This document shows positions 50,508-64,000 of a DNA stretch of 64,000 nucleotides, piece after piece. Both the position numbers and the translations under genes were made by a program. Location of the stretch: assembly GCF_036365525.1 (NCBI RefSeq), contig NC_090395.1, positions 30,045,813-30,109,812 on the forward strand. The letters are read 5' to 3'. The notes under the pieces are model-generated. The model was not told where the DNA came from, made no database searches, and was given only the letters and a program-made list of their open reading frames with translations. Source of the DNA: Heterodontus francisci. Its lineage: Eukaryota. Every line of letters starts with the position of its first letter. Within the stretch, counting starts at the first letter, position 1.

Positions 50508-51104
50508 ATTCTCTCTGGTTATAACCAGCACAAATGTCTTAAATCCATTCTCTCTGGCTATGAATTTAATTAAAATGCATAAGGAGTAATTTTCCAAGCA
50601 CGCTTTGGCATTGGGAAACCTTGTCCACTGCCAGCAGAAAATTACTTGGTTCATATGTGCTGGTGATCTGCACTCACATGGAAAATTATCCTGCAGAACA
50701 GCCATATAACAGGGAGAGAGGTGCAGCCTTACTTGGAGAAGACACAATGAATGACCAGCATGGCAAATGGAAATGGTGCAGTAGGAGGAATTGTTTTGGA
50801 TTTGGGCTCAATTAATCATTGAGACAGAAACCTAGTCTGGAATTTAGTCAAATGCTTTGATTTGCCATTTTTCTGAGTGTTAAATGAGGTCATTATAGTC
50901 TGGAGTACAGCACAGGAAAGGATTCACAGTTTTCATACTGGGAACATGGAAACTCACAAATAACCAAGAATGGTAGTTGATAACTGTTACACGAAGCAGA
51001 ATCTATATTCTCGAACATACATAAACCAATCATCAGCAAGGAACTAAATACAAAAATTACAATCTCTGCAGCTGATTGCTGATTACTCTCCCTCCTTCAT
51101 AATT

Positions 51105-51335
51105 GGAAGCATAAAACACAAAGCATAATAAATAGGAGCAGGAGTAGGTCATACAGCCCCTCGAGCCTGCTCTGCCATTCAATAAAATCATCGATGCTGA
51201 TCTAACACAACTCCAGTTTCCTGCTCTATCCCTTTATCTCTTGATTCCCTTAGTGCCCAAAAAATCTATCAATCTCAGTCTTGAGATCCACAGTCCCCTT
51301 GGATAGAGAACTCCAAAACGTCACAACCCTCTGAA
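51105..51335 (-). mobile_element. CR1 3' fragment
   Basis: 'ggagcaggagtagg..cagcccctcgagcctgctc' tail plus adjacent ORF2 end. Confidence 0.7.
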
Positions 51336-51529
51336 TGGAGAGGAAAACCAGGTGGGATCCAGAAACTTGAGAGGGAGAATTTTAACCTAACAGAGTGAGT
51401 GGGTTTGAGAGTGGACAAGTGGTTAAAAGCACTGAAATTAACGACACATCAACAAAGCATTCCAGTCACAGACACCCATTGCTCGACTTTAAGTCTTGTC
51501 TTATCATTCACCACAAGTGAGAAGGCCAG

Positions 51530-54500
51530 TGCTGTACGATTGCTTTAAGAGTGATGTCCCTTTAAGAACTCAGTATGCTAATGAGCTAAGTACCAGGATG
51601 TAGTCACGTGACTAGAAGCCATAGTCACTCTGCATTGGAACACCCTAAACAAAGGTTTAGTATATAGTTTGCTCTGTATTTTATAGACTAGTTTAACTGT
51701 TAATAAACCCCGTAGAGATAATTTAGGAGCTGGAATCCACGTACCTCATTGTGTTGCTTAAGATAACACAAAGAAACTCATGACATGGTGGCAGTAGTGG
51801 TGAGGAGACAAGATATAAGCTTGAGGATCATGGGTAAAACAGCTGTGAAAGCGAACCTTCCTACAGCCAAAAGAGAGAAAGTTCAAAAAAAAATATTGGC
51901 TCAAACAGTGGAAAGAAGAAAAAACTTATTTTCAGCTGTGGAAGACAGAGCACTGAATGACAGGCTGCAAATAAATTCCTGTGATCAGGTGAGTCATTGT
52001 GCCGATGGTTGAGGAATCCTGGTTTTAAAAAAAAGCTTTAAAGTACTTAAAAATTTGATTTTTAAAGGCTCCATGGGAGGAAGAAAAGAAAATGGGGAAA
52101 ACCCAATTCTTCTCTCAGCTGATTGAGGTTGGTGCCATTACAGGAGGCGTCTGAAAAAAAAGCACAGGAAATCCCGAACACAGCACAGTCTCCGTTCACA
52201 CAGCCAAAGCTGGAAAAAAATTAAACCAGTAAAGCGTGAAAAAGATAAATAAACTCTAGCAAAAAAAAGCAAAGAGGAACACCTTGAAAGGCCTATCAAA
52301 GCAGCTCGCTTAGAAAAAAATAATTTCTTAAAGGGGAAACAGTGCAGGGTTAGTGGCGCTGTGGTTAGCACCGCAGCCTCACAGCTCCAGCGACCCGGGT
52401 TCAATTCTGGGTACTGCCTGTGTGGAGTTTGCAAGTTCTTCCTGTGTCTGCGTGGGTTTCCTTCGGGTGCTCCGGTTTCCTCCCACATGCCAAAGACTTG
52501 CAGGTTGATAGGTAAATTGGCCATTATAAATTGCCCCTAGTATAGGTAGGTGGTAGGGAAATATAGGGACAGGTGGGGATGTGGTAGGAATATGGGATTA
52601 GTGTAGGATTAGTATAAATGGGTGGTTGATGGTCGGCACAGACTTGGTGGGCTGAAGGGCCTGTTTCAGTGCTGTATCTCTAAACTAAACTAAACTAAAC
52701 TAAGTATAGTGCTGAAGACACACACATAGCTGAACAAAGTTAACTATAGAGCAGAAAACAAAAGAACAGCAGAAGGATAGATATCAAATTTCCCAGCATG
52801 AATTGGAAGGCCGTTGTTATCCTATCAGAGTTCGAACCTGTTAAACAAAGAATGCAGTTATGCTTCATAGACCAAGTGGTTACAGAACCAGAGAAACAGG
52901 CTGTGAAAATACTGATAGCAGTTGGAAATGAGGGGTTATTCAGAATCAATACCTCTGACTTATCTGAAGAGGACCAGACAGACCTACAAAGATATGGAAA
53001 GTGCTAGAAAATCAGCTTCGGGTAAGAGTGAATTTTAGAATTCATCTGCTGGAATTGATGTCCTACAGGCAACAGCCACAGGAATCAATAGATCAATTCA
53101 TCAGCAGATGCCATAGTAAGGGCAATGAATGTGATTTTTCAGAAGCTGAGCTGTTGGATGAATAATGGAACTGGTGATTGTTTCAACACATATTGAAACG
53201 TTTCAAAAAGAAGTCTTGGGGAAAAAGAAAGGTCACAGCATTGATGCGCTGCTAGAAGATGGCAGGAAATACAAAGCCATTGTAGCTGGATAATAGCATT
53301 TGCAAGCACTGGGTGCAGCTGACAGTATCGACATGGTAACCAGGTTGCAAAAAGCAAGCAAGCCATGTGGTACGTGCAGCTTGTACAACTCACTGTGAAG
53401 TTGTCCTGCATTTCAATATCTGTGCAAGGCATGCAGTACAAAAGGACACTGGCCCGCCTATGGAAGAAATCTGGCTCCAAAGACGCAGCTAGAGGTCACA
53501 ATAGGACACAAAGAAAAGACAGGTGCAGCAACATGGTAACAGCAGCAAGGAGAGCACCAGAGACTTTCATAAACGCATGCTGATACACAATGTCCACAGC
53601 GAAATAGACCTGAGATAAGACTCAGAGTGGAGCGATTCGCAGCCAGAAGACAAGCAGCCATTTCACATTGTGAACCTGACACATTGTGTTGATGAAATCA
53701 AACAACTGGAAGCTTTTACTACTATTAATATCATTGTCAGCAGAAACCCGTATGCTGCAGATCAAGGAAAAAGACCATCCTGGAAGTCGATGCCTCACAG
53801 AAAGTTCTAGGAGCGTGCATCCTGCAGGATGGCAAATCAATTGCGTTTGGGTCCAAAAGTTTATCCTCAACACAATCCAATTACTCAAACATAGAGCATA
53901 AACCACTTGCTTCGGTGTTTGGGATCACAAGGTTCCATACCTGCCTGTTCGGTAAGCAGTTCACTGTGGAAACCGACCACAAACCAATGGAGATGATATG
54001 CCGCAAACCATTGACAAGTGCACCACCTCGACTACAGCGACTTTTAGTGAAAGTACAGGTGTATGACTTCGACGTCTGCCACATACTGGGCACCAAAATG
54101 GTCACCTCGGATACGCTGTGCAGATTGCCAAATTTGAACAAGAATGAAGAAGTCCCACTGGATCTACAAATAGACAGCATGGGTATTGAGGTGGAAGATG
54201 TGCTCAAAATTGATTTATTGCATTTTGGTCAGCACAAATGCGACCAACTGCAATCAGAACCACAAATGAAGGCACCGTGAGAGTCATCATAGAAGGTTGG
54301 CCTGATGCGATAAAAGAAGTGCCAGAAACCCTTGGGTGCTTTTGGAGGAACCGAAGCCGAATTAAGAGAAGTGTGTAATACTCCAATTGCACGTAGCGGA
54401 CTCGAAAGAACACACTCTGATGAGGAGGGTGTGACGGAACAACAGGACAACATCTAACACATTGACAATACTTATGCAAGTCAAGTACAGCCAAAGGTGA

Positions 54501-56086
54501 AATCCACATCCTGAGAAGGTTATACCATAACAAGGTCTGGGAGAGTTGTCAAACCACTGAAACTCAAGAGGTGTAACCTTCAAAGGAAAACAAGTGATTG
54601 TGCCCAAAGCTCTCCGACAGGACATCTGTCACAATTTACTCCAAGGCCATATGGGTATAGAGTGAATGAGATGACTGGCACAAGACACTGTTTATTGGCC
54701 AGGGATCAGTGGTGACTTCGAAAGGTGAGTGAGGATGTGCGAGGCATGCCAGAGCCTCTGCACCCTAACGAGATTCCGTCAGTCCCTTGGTCCAAAATCA
54801 CCACTGATCTATTTACCATGAATGGAGATGACTTTATATTCATCACAGATTATTTCTCCAAATTTCCAATTGTCAGACAGCTAAAAGACACTTCAAGTGC
54901 GGTTGTTGCAGATACATTGAGTGCCATATTCAGTCTCTTCGGTGCACCTGAAGAAATTATTTCTGACACTGGGCCACAGTATACGGGCAGACCTTTCAGG
55001 GATACGTGTGCTAAATAGGGTGTAAACCATGTGACGACCTCATCGCATTACCCTAGTTCTAACAGTCTTGCCAAGCGCATGGTTCGCACAGTTAAATTGC
55101 TTATCCTGAAGTGTAGGCCAATGAAACAAGATTTTCGTGTTGCCATGCTCCACCTCAGAGCTACACCTACGGATATGGGCTTACCGTCAGCAGCAGAAAT
55201 CATATTTGGCAGACAAGTGCGAACGATTCTGCTAACCCATCATCTGTCCAAATTCTCCGAGATGCAGGAGACACTGCTCGAAAAACAAGGGAGAATGAAG
55301 ATGGTACATGCAGGGGCGGAACTACCTCAGCTACATGTAGGACAAAAAGTCAAGGTCATACACCCCACAATGAGAACGTGGTTACCTGCAGAGATATCCA
55401 AAATATGCAGTGAGCTTAGGTCTTATGAGGTTACAACACCTAACGGAGCAGTGTTGAGGAGGAACCAAAGCCGAATTAAGAGAAGTGTGTAATACTCCAA
55501 TTGCACATAGCGGACTCGAAAGAACACACTCTGACGAGGAGGGTGTGACGGAACAACAGGACAACATCTAACACATTGACAATACTTATGCAAGTCAAGT
55601 ACAGCCAAGGGTGAAATCCACATCCTGAGAAGGTTATACCATAACAAGGTCTGGGAGAGTTGTCAAACCACTGAAACGATATATGGATTCTTAAGCTTCT
55701 GCACTCGTAAATTTCACAATCCCTATCCTTATACTTGTAAATTTTGTTATCTCCATCCATGTATAACTAATTTTGATATTATCCAATTTTATGTGTTTTA
55801 CTTGCAGCATACAAGACTTATCTTTGGAAAGAAAGGGGATATTGTATGATTGCTTTAGCAGTGATGTATCTTTAAGTACTCAGTATGCTGATGAGCTAAG
55901 TACCAGGATGTAGTCACGTGACTAGAAGCCATAGTCACTCTGCACTGGAACACCCTAAACTAAGGTTCTGTATATAGTTTGCTTTGTATTGTATATACTA
56001 GTTTAATTGTTAATAAACTCTCTAGAGATCTTCAAGGAACTGGAATCCACGTACCTCAATGTGTTGCTTAAAAGAAACTCATGTCA
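51530..56086 (+). mobile_element. Gypsy/Ty3 LTR retrotransposon with both LTRs (51530-51785, 55840-56086); protease/RT deleted
   Basis: Paired LTRs, TSD gccag/gccac, PBS TGGTGGCAGTAGTGG (tRNA-Leu-like), PPT gaaagaaagggga; gag remnant, RNase H (FTVETDHKPM), integrase (TDYFSKFP, SDTGPQY). Confidence 0.92.
52350..52703 (+). mobile_element. HE1-type V-SINE nested in the Gypsy element
   Basis: HE1 sequence with a (TAAAC)n tail. Confidence 0.92.
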
Positions 56087-56229
56087 GCCACTTGCCAGGC
56101 AACAGGCAAAAATAGGCAATATGATGGAAACAAATAAGTTTTATGCAAATGAAACATTGAATAGAAACTTAATCTAAAATAATGTTAAACACCTACATAC
56201 ATACCCTTATGCAACTAGAATTTTTTAGT

Positions 56230-58178
56230 CTTCCTTTATCTGTTAGTCTTACTTGGTGCAACCTCTGTATCTTTAGCAGAGGTAGAGGCAGGCTGCTCAA
56301 ATCCCTGCTCTGACAGCTGAGATGCTCTTGGCTGACATTCTCTGGGTTTTGGAGCCTGTGAGGGTCCCAACAAAGATTACTTCACCTGCACCTGTGCAGG
56401 GACAAAGTCATCCATTGGGCCAGGAGGCGGCATGTTGGGCACTGACTGAGGGAGAGAGGTGGGAGCAGGTGAGAAGTGGAAGCATTTTGGACAGAGTCCC
56501 CACTTCCATGTCCCCTTCCTCCATCTTCCCTGTCTTGGGCCATCTGCACTTCCCTGCCGACAGTGATCTGAAGAGCACTCTGCTGCACATATGGGGCAAG
56601 GAAAAGCCACGGCTAGGTTTTCATCAATTCTATTTAAGGTAGCCTTCATAGCGTGCAGACCATTGGTGAGGACCAGCATGAACTGGTTTGATTGCTGCGT
56701 TTGATGCTCCATGCAGTTGACCAAAGTCAAAGATGTCATCGCGAAGGCCTGTAATATCATGGCACTCATGCTTGCGACAGACTCCTCCAATCTTTCTCCA
56801 AGCATGCACAGTGCGTTGGAAAGGCTGACCACCTCACACAATTTTTGCTTCTGCTCCAGAATTATCCTGTTTGTTGTCAAACCCCCGGGCCTTAGCATGT
56901 GCATCCAGCTGAGCAGAGCTTGGAGTGTCCTGCAACCTTCGACAGAGACCCTCCATTGCTGTCCATCTCCTTGCTCACATGTGATGTGTGAGACATGTGA
57001 AAACGTGTCTTGGAAGTCCCATTGATGCACCGTCTGCATGAGTCCTGGTGCAGTTCATCTTCAAAGAGAGTGATCCACTTGGAGGAGTCTTCATCCTCCT
57101 CCTGCAGCACCTCCTGTGGGCTGCTTGATGGGCCTGTGGAAGATGAAAGACCTGAATTAGAACTGCCAAGGTAAGAAGGTGTAAAGTCAACATTGTGCAT
57201 ATTTGCCTGATGGCAGCAGGTCATCATGAGTGAGTGTTGTATATGTGGCTGTTTGATATTTAATGATCATCAGGTAGATGGGAGGCCCCCAACTCTTCAT
57301 CTCTCATCGACAGCTATGCCAACTCTTCGCTGATCCCCAGCGCCTCCTCTGCAGCTGTCAGTATGGAGATAGCTGGTGGGCTACCTCCGGTTCTCTGCCT
57401 CTCTCTGGTATTCTGTGCTGTCTTTTCCCGCAAGGAGGGAAAGAAGAGACCTATGGGTGAGAGTATTGCAAAATGTTGATTTGATGGATGTACAATATCT
57501 GTTGAGAATCACTAAGGAATGGGTATGACACTGAATTAAGTAGAGGGTGAGTGTCACTGGTGGATGGTCAGATGGTGATGTGAAGCGGTGTGTAGACAGG
57601 GAAGGATGGATGTGCCTGCAAATTAAGTTGGTATGAGGAGGGATGTGCAGGAGTAGTCTTGGGAAGGCAGAATGAGGAGGGTTGGGGTTAGATGCACAGC
57701 AGGATGTACTTGAATGTGCTATGCCACTCACATTTCCTGACCTGATTAGATCATTAAACCTCCTCTGGTACTGTATCCAGGAGCATGGCAACACACTCCT
57801 GCTGCTAGCCTCCTCAGCAATCTCCAGCCATGCCTTCTTGTTCTCTGTGGCAGACGTCCTCCTCCTGTCGGCAGGGAAGAGAATCTTTTTGCAGGCCCTT
57901 ACAACCGGCAGCATCAGCTCTTGTGAGCTATCTGTGAAGTGAGGTGCAGCTGTGCAATGCTGGGAATCCATTGCTGAATTTTCTTCCTCTGTTCAAACAA
58001 CTGCACAATACTTCAACTGTCATTTTTGCAGTGTCCCTTTAGTTCAGCTGAAATAGACTCATGCGGGTCGTTGGCATACCTGCTCACACTAATCGATCGG
58101 GAACCCTGGAAGTCAGGTGCTAATGCAGTGATTGGGTTAAAAAAACCACTGATAAACACGCTGCTGAAATTTCTGTGT
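56230..58178 (-). mobile_element. Harbinger transposon arm with a multi-exon Myb/SANT-like accessory gene remnant
   Basis: From 57971: APHFTDSSQELML..ILFP..KKAWLEIAEEASSRSVLPCSWIQYQRRFNDL; further exon-like pieces at ~57290-57435 and 56380-57150. Confidence 0.72.
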
Positions 58179-58477
58179 CCTGCATGCACTACCAGGCTAC
58201 ACCACTCCCAGTGTGTCGCCAAGTTAAAATGCCACCCGTGGAGTCTCCACGTAGAATAACAACTACTGTCGCTATCCAACGGGTTCTTCAGCCACTAGAA
58301 CTTCCATATGTCCCAACTATGGCACATAATGTCTTAGCAGGTATGGTGAATGGGAGATCTTCCCCCACCAGAATTCCCATAATTCCCAGCCCCATTATGT
58401 CCAGGAAATCTCCAGATTTTGGTCATGTTCTTGGAAACTCTACAAATGTGGCCAACCTCCCAGAATAGCCCTCCTAT

Positions 58478-58692
58478 AGAATATACAGCAGAGAAACAGG
58501 CCTTTTAATCCAACCAGTTCATGCTGATGTTTATGCTCCACTCAAGCCTCTCCCATCCTTTCTCAACTAACTCTATCAGCATAATCTTTTGTTCCCTTCT
58601 CCCTCATATGCAATCGAGCTTTTCCTTAAATGCAACTATATTTACTTCAACCACTCCCTGTGGTAGCATGTTCCATATTTTCACAACTCTCT
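58478..58692 (-). mobile_element. CR1 3' fragment truncated by an LTR
   Basis: 'atagaatatacagcagagaaacaggcc' tail and 'caaccactccctgtggtagcatgttcca'. Confidence 0.65.
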
Positions 58693-61600
58693 GTTGTATG
58701 TTTGTTTAGTCTAGCTAGGAGAGATTACCAAGTCTTCGGTAAGTTTTAACAATAACTAGTTTATTACATATTAAGGAACTATATACGGCTTTACAGAAGT
58801 ATGTCTAACTCCACTGAAGCCATGTTGCTTCTCTTCCCTTCACGTCTCTCTCTCACATCATCTCTTACATCATCACAGTGGGAGGTGTTACTCACATTGT
58901 CTCAGTAGTAACCCGTTTAAACCCTTATACCACATCTACTGCCAAGCCTTTGTCCATATTTTTTGTGTACATTCATTTTTACTTTTATATGCTACCCCAT
59001 CTCCCCTCAAGTCTCTGGCATCACAGATTCAATCTGTCAGGAGGCTTCAACAACTCTCCCTGATTGTGTTGTTGTCAGACTTGGAAGATCAGTAGTCTGT
59101 CTCTGAACTCTTGTTTCTTGACTTGGACAGCCTTCATTGAGGTTTGTAGTATCTGGTGCTTTCTGAATTTCAAGTTGAACATCTGGTTCATCCAAATGAC
59201 GTCTTTAATAAATCGAAATAAGATTTCTGTTTCTTCTTAGAGTACATTCTGCAGTATGTGCTAAATAAGATCACTGTTGATTCTCATCTCTCTGGACGAT
59301 TACTCCTTCTCTGCCTTGGTCTCGTACCCATACCTTTTCTCCTTCCATCAACTTGGGTAGGTTCCTGGTATGGTATTTCCTATTATAATTATAAGCTCAT
59401 TGTTTTCGATAAGACTTTTCTCTGTCTTGAACACTCTGATAATCCTGGACTTCTAGCCCTGGAAGTAATTTTTTGGGTAGGATGGGAAGTTGTGTTCTGA
59501 GCTTCCTTCCCATCAACAGTTCTGATGGTGCTAATGCACATAGTGTCACGGTCCTGTAGTTATTTTGGGAATATGCGGTTTGCCTTTAAGGCTCGCAAGG
59601 ACTCAGTATTGCTTTAAGAGCCGGAAAGCCTCAGGAGTTATAGAAAGGTGCATTTTTGTTTGCCGATAGGAACAGCTATTTGGATTCTGCAATTCAAAGG
59701 GTGCATTCTCATTACCATAGATATAGCCACTGGGAGTGAGTCTGATGCGATACATTTGTTACAATTGAGTTTTGAACTGGCTTTTAGTGGAGACAGTTTG
59801 TTCTAACAGAACACAAACACAGAGGACACAGACAGCTGTGGTGTTCAGACACCTGAAAAAGAGCTCTCAATCATTTAAACTGAAGGAATAGGATTTTAGT
59901 CTGTTTTATTATTATCTCTCAAAATTCTAAGAAAAAGTCAAGCCAAAACAGAGATCTCTGGTAATTTAAATTGACGAAAGGGAAGTTAGACTTTGACAAT
60001 CTTTTATCCCTCAAAAACTCTACAGTCAGCTTGATTCCATTGAAAGAGTTTCTAAGTCGTTAATTATTGAAATTCGCTGGAGAAGGAAAGCAACATTCTA
60101 TGAGGACTTCAAGCAACAAACATTCTGTGAGGACTTGAAGCAACATTGGACTGTAAATTTGCAAGGACTCGAATTTTTTCTATTTTAAATGTTGTTATAT
60201 CTTCATAGTGTTTAAGAATTTAGTTCTTCTTATTAAAGAGTTGATTTGTTGATTTAAAGGCACCTAGTTTGGCTAGCCTCATTTGGGGGTTAATAGATAG
60301 TACAATTTGTTTGGGTCTTTCTTTAATTTGGAAAGTTTTTAAATGATATGTTAGCCAATCTGTGGAACGACAGGATTGAATTAACAGTGCATTGGTCCCA
60401 CCACAATCAGAATTGTATATTTTGATTGGGGGCTTTGACAGGAGCGTTTGGTTGTAACAATAGCAATGGAGTAGATCTGTACTTTAGGAGTGCTGTTTGA
60501 AAATCTTCATTCTTCTTTAACAGTGCTTTGATAGTTCTGACTCCTCTTTCAGCTTCACTGTTGAACTGAGGACATCTAGGGGAACTTGTAAGATGTACAA
60601 ATCCACAGTTTTCCACAAAGTGCATGAAGCAGTTTGCAAATTGTAGACCATTATTGGAGACAACCTGGTCAGGAATGCCATGTGTTGCAAAGATCTCCTT
60701 TAAAGCTCGAATGACTGTCTCAGTAGTTATTGTGTACAAACGTTTGACTTTGATCCACCTGGAAAAATAATCAATGACAATCAAGTAGGATTTCCCATTA
60801 AACATGAACAGATCCATCCTCAGACATGCTCACGGTCTGGTTGGAAATTGGGTTGAGATAAGGTGTTTCCTCTGGTCTGGTCTGTGTAATGCGTATACCT
60901 GGCAATTAGAAATCATCTGATCTATAGATCTCGATATTCCCGTCCACCACCTGGACAACTGAGCCCGTGCTCTGCATTTCGTGATACTCATGTGACCGTG
61001 GTGTATTTTCTCCAGGATGTCTGCCTGAAGTGAGACTGAAATCACCAGCCTCTCGTCATATGCCAGCAAATCATCCACAATAGTAAAGTGCTTTCCGTGC
61101 TCAAAGAAGATTTTCATCACTGTACCACTGGGACGCTGCTGTGGCCAACTTTACGTGCAATTTTGGCAGATATGGATGCATTCTTCATTTTGCATCTGAG
61201 CATGACTAATTTCTTGGAGCCTTTTTGAGCTTGCCGGCCATTGTGATGCAGTGAACTGAGAATATGACTCAATCTCATTAATGAAGTTAACATCCTGTTG
61301 TGTAGGATGGTCAATGGTGTCTCTGGACAATGTATCTGCTGTCGTTTGCATCTTGCCCTGTATATATACCGTTTCATAAGTGAATGGCATTAATCTCAAC
61401 CGGAACCTCTGGATTCTCGGAGGCATTCCAGTGAGTTCCTTTTCATCAAGCAAGGAAACTAGGGGTTTGTGTTCTGTCTTTATGATGACCTTTAAGCCAA
61501 TGATGTAATCTGAGAACTTTTTGCAAGCCCTTAGACAATGCTCGAGATGCATAATAAACTGGTCTGTGACATCCACCTGGCTGATCTTGAAAAAGGACTG

Positions 61601-62990
61601 TCCCTATCCTTGTAGATGAGGCATCTGCTGTAATTGTGGTTGGTAGTGAGCGGTTATAATGGACTAAGATATCTGGTGAAATTAACATTTCCTTGATTCT
61701 TTGAAATGTCTGCTCCTGATGTGCATTCCAACACCATGCTTGAGATTTCCTTAATAGTCGTCTTAAGGGATCAGTAACTTGCGCTAGATTGGGCAGAAAT
61801 TTTGCCAACTGATCAACCATTCCAAGGAATCGTTGAAGATTCTGTAGAACATACAGTGTGTCCAATATCTGCTTTCCCTTGTACTGGAGTGTTGCCTGTA
61901 GCTTTCCCTTGACTTTCAGTTCAGTCCCTCCTGGGCCATGTAACTGAGTTTCTGTTGGTTGCAGGCAATGCATTGATAACCACAGTTCGTTGTCTGATAA
62001 AACCATTACACATGCTCCAGTGTCTAGCCTAATGTTGGTGAAATGTCCGTGACATATATATCTGCAGTCCAGAATGCATGATTAGGGTCATTGATCTCGC
62101 CAAGAAAGTTTTTTGATTTCTCTTCTGATGGAGATTGTTCAACTTCATTAAAAGCTCTATGCATGTGAAGAATTGTCCGTTAGAACCTGTGAAAGTAGAG
62201 GTTTTATTTTGGCACATCTTCCCAAAGTGGCCAACTTTCTGGCCGTGAAAACATTCAGCTTTGTTTGCAGGACACTGTTTGTGCCTATGGGTCTTTTTGG
62301 CACCAAAGTGCTGGCAGGGTTTTATGGCGTCTTGCACTTTTCCTCTCAAGTGTACCTCCTTTTCTGGTGCTCCTTTTATAGTCCTGTGCTTCAGGAACTG
62401 TATGGTCACTGCAGGTTTCCTGAACCAAGGTATTTCTTCACCTCTCAGGATTGCTCTGTTCTGCTTACAGACCTCTGCTTGTCTCACCAGCTATATTGCT
62501 TTTTCCAGGGTGAGGTTTTTCTTTAGAATGCAATAAAACTGATAGGGATTCATCAGCAATACCTACTGCAATCTACTGCAATGCGGTCTTGTATTAATTC
62601 TGCTTTTAGGTCTCCATATTCGCATCCTTCAACTAGCCTATGAAGGTCATTAATAAAGCATCTACCTGTTCACCTGGTTTCTGAAGCCTTCTGTTAAATT
62701 TGGCCCTTTCTAGAATCTTGTTGCTCCTCAGGTTGAAATAATTATCAAAGGCTTTTAAGACTTCTTCAAATTTATCTGATGTCTCATTAATGCCTTGTCT
62801 TGCAATCACATTGTCTGCTATAGCTCCTATGGAATTAAGTAATGTGCTGACTTGTTCTGCTTCAGAGTTTCTGCCTAATTTTGAAGCAATTCTGTACCTC
62901 AAAAATCTTTTTCTCCAAAGTAACCAGTTTTGAGTTTCATTTGGTCCTTCCATATGCAAACCTCTCTGGTAGTGTAAATTTAAGATCCAT
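58693..62990 (-). mobile_element. Gypsy/Ty3 LTR retrotransposon (3' LTR 58693-58933; gag, PR, RNase H, IN; RT largely deleted)
   Basis: gag WLLWRKRFLRY with zinc-knuckle remnants, protease LDTGA at ~62010-62030, LQRFLGMV, ADASS, integrase H-H-C and IDYFSRW..NGLQF..AERGVRTIK; 5' LTR not seen in the window. Confidence 0.9.
59544..60459. mobile_element. Solo LTR, 916 bp, 4-bp TSD ATAG, inserted in the integrase
   Basis: TGTCAC...GTAACA termini; ATAG at 59540-43 and 60460-63; removal restores YRSTPLL|CALAPSELLMGRKLRT. Confidence 0.88.
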
Positions 62991-63004
62991 GGCTTTTCTA
63001 AGCT

Positions 63005-63414
63005 TTCTGTTTTCCCTGGAGTGAAGGAGGCTGAGAGGGGACGTGATAGAGGGATATAAAATTATGAGAGGCATAGATAGGGTAGATAGCCAGAGTCTGT
63101 TTCCCATGGTAGGGGTGACTTAAACTAGAGGGCATAGATTTAAGGTGAGAGGGAGGAGGTTTAAAGGGGATCAAAGGGATACATTTTTCACACAAAGAAT
63201 AGTGGGTATCTGGACTGAGCTGCCAGAGGAGGTGGTGGAGGCAGGAACAGTAGCGACATTTAAGAGGCATCTGGACAGGTACTTGAATGAGCAAGGCATA
63301 GAGGTATATGGATTTATTGCAGGCAGATGGGATTAGTATAGATAGGCATTATGGTTGGCATTGACGCGGTGGGCCGAAGGGCCTGTTTCTATGCTGTACG
63401 ACTCTATGACTCTA
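63005..63414 (+). mobile_element. CR1/HER1-like 3' fragment
   Basis: FFTQRIVGIWTELPEEVVEAGT; tail gggccgaagggcctgtttc..gctgta shared with HE1; (GACTCTAT)n end. Confidence 0.88.
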
Positions 63415-64000
63415 GGTAGCTATTCTAAATTTTCCTTCCAGTATTGGAAGTTTTCCTGCGCTGCTCAGCCTTGCACTGACTCCTGATGTCTTTCCCTAGG
63501 AAATCTCTCTGCTAGACTAGGTATTTATTTCTTGAATGCAGCTTTGCAACATTATTTCAACAATCTCTTCACTTCCTTCCCCTGGATTATCGAGTATTTG
63601 CAGTCACTTTTTTATCACGCTGCCTTGCAGTCACCACATGTAATGGCACCGACCTTGGATCCGCCCTTTCTAGGGATCTGGCTTTCCTGGTGCTGCCTGC
63701 CAAGTGCGCCATTAAAATCAATTTTGTACCCTTTTTTAAGGGTTTCTCACCAGATCCCCAACCTTTGCTTGGTTCTCCGACTCAAAGCCTACAATCGCTA
63801 CACTGGGATTTTTTTTTCACAGACCACCCCCCTCTGTGGTGCAGCCTGAATGCCTCTACAAGCTGACTCCACAACTCTCCGTGTCTCCACTTGGTCCCTG
63901 AGGCAGTCCTGGAGGTCCTCACAGCCTCTTCTCGAGTTCTGCAGTTTTGGCGCAACGATTTCAGGTCTGACTTTCCAAACTCTTTTAAAGGTGTTTTTCA

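Overview
Vertebrate genomic DNA, almost certainly from a shark or ray (HE1 V-SINEs, SacSINE1-type DeuSINEs, HER1/CR1 LINEs). I could not support any host protein-coding gene. Bases 1-10757 are a 30-bp satellite with higher-order repeats. The remainder is a heavily nested mix of CR1, L2 and RTE LINEs, tRNA-derived SINEs, Gypsy LTR elements and solo LTRs, Harbinger/PIF transposon remnants and MITEs. Main observation: a ~3.3-kb single-ORF APE-RT LINE, present as two near-full-length copies (14881-18451 and 37572-41060, minus strand), begins with a tRNA-derived A-box/B-box head. Its sense strand essentially lacks TTTT Pol III terminators, and copy 1 has no in-frame ATG before the endonuclease domain. 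A ~400-bp SINE (28166-28570) consists of this LINE's head joined to its 3' tail. Together these suggest a Pol III-transcribed autonomous LINE with an internal-deletion SINE partner. Also notable: 95-bp hammerhead-ribozyme-like insertions with 14-15 bp TSDs and a fold-back inverted duplication. All counts and alignments were done by eye, and family names come from recalled consensus motifs, not database searches.
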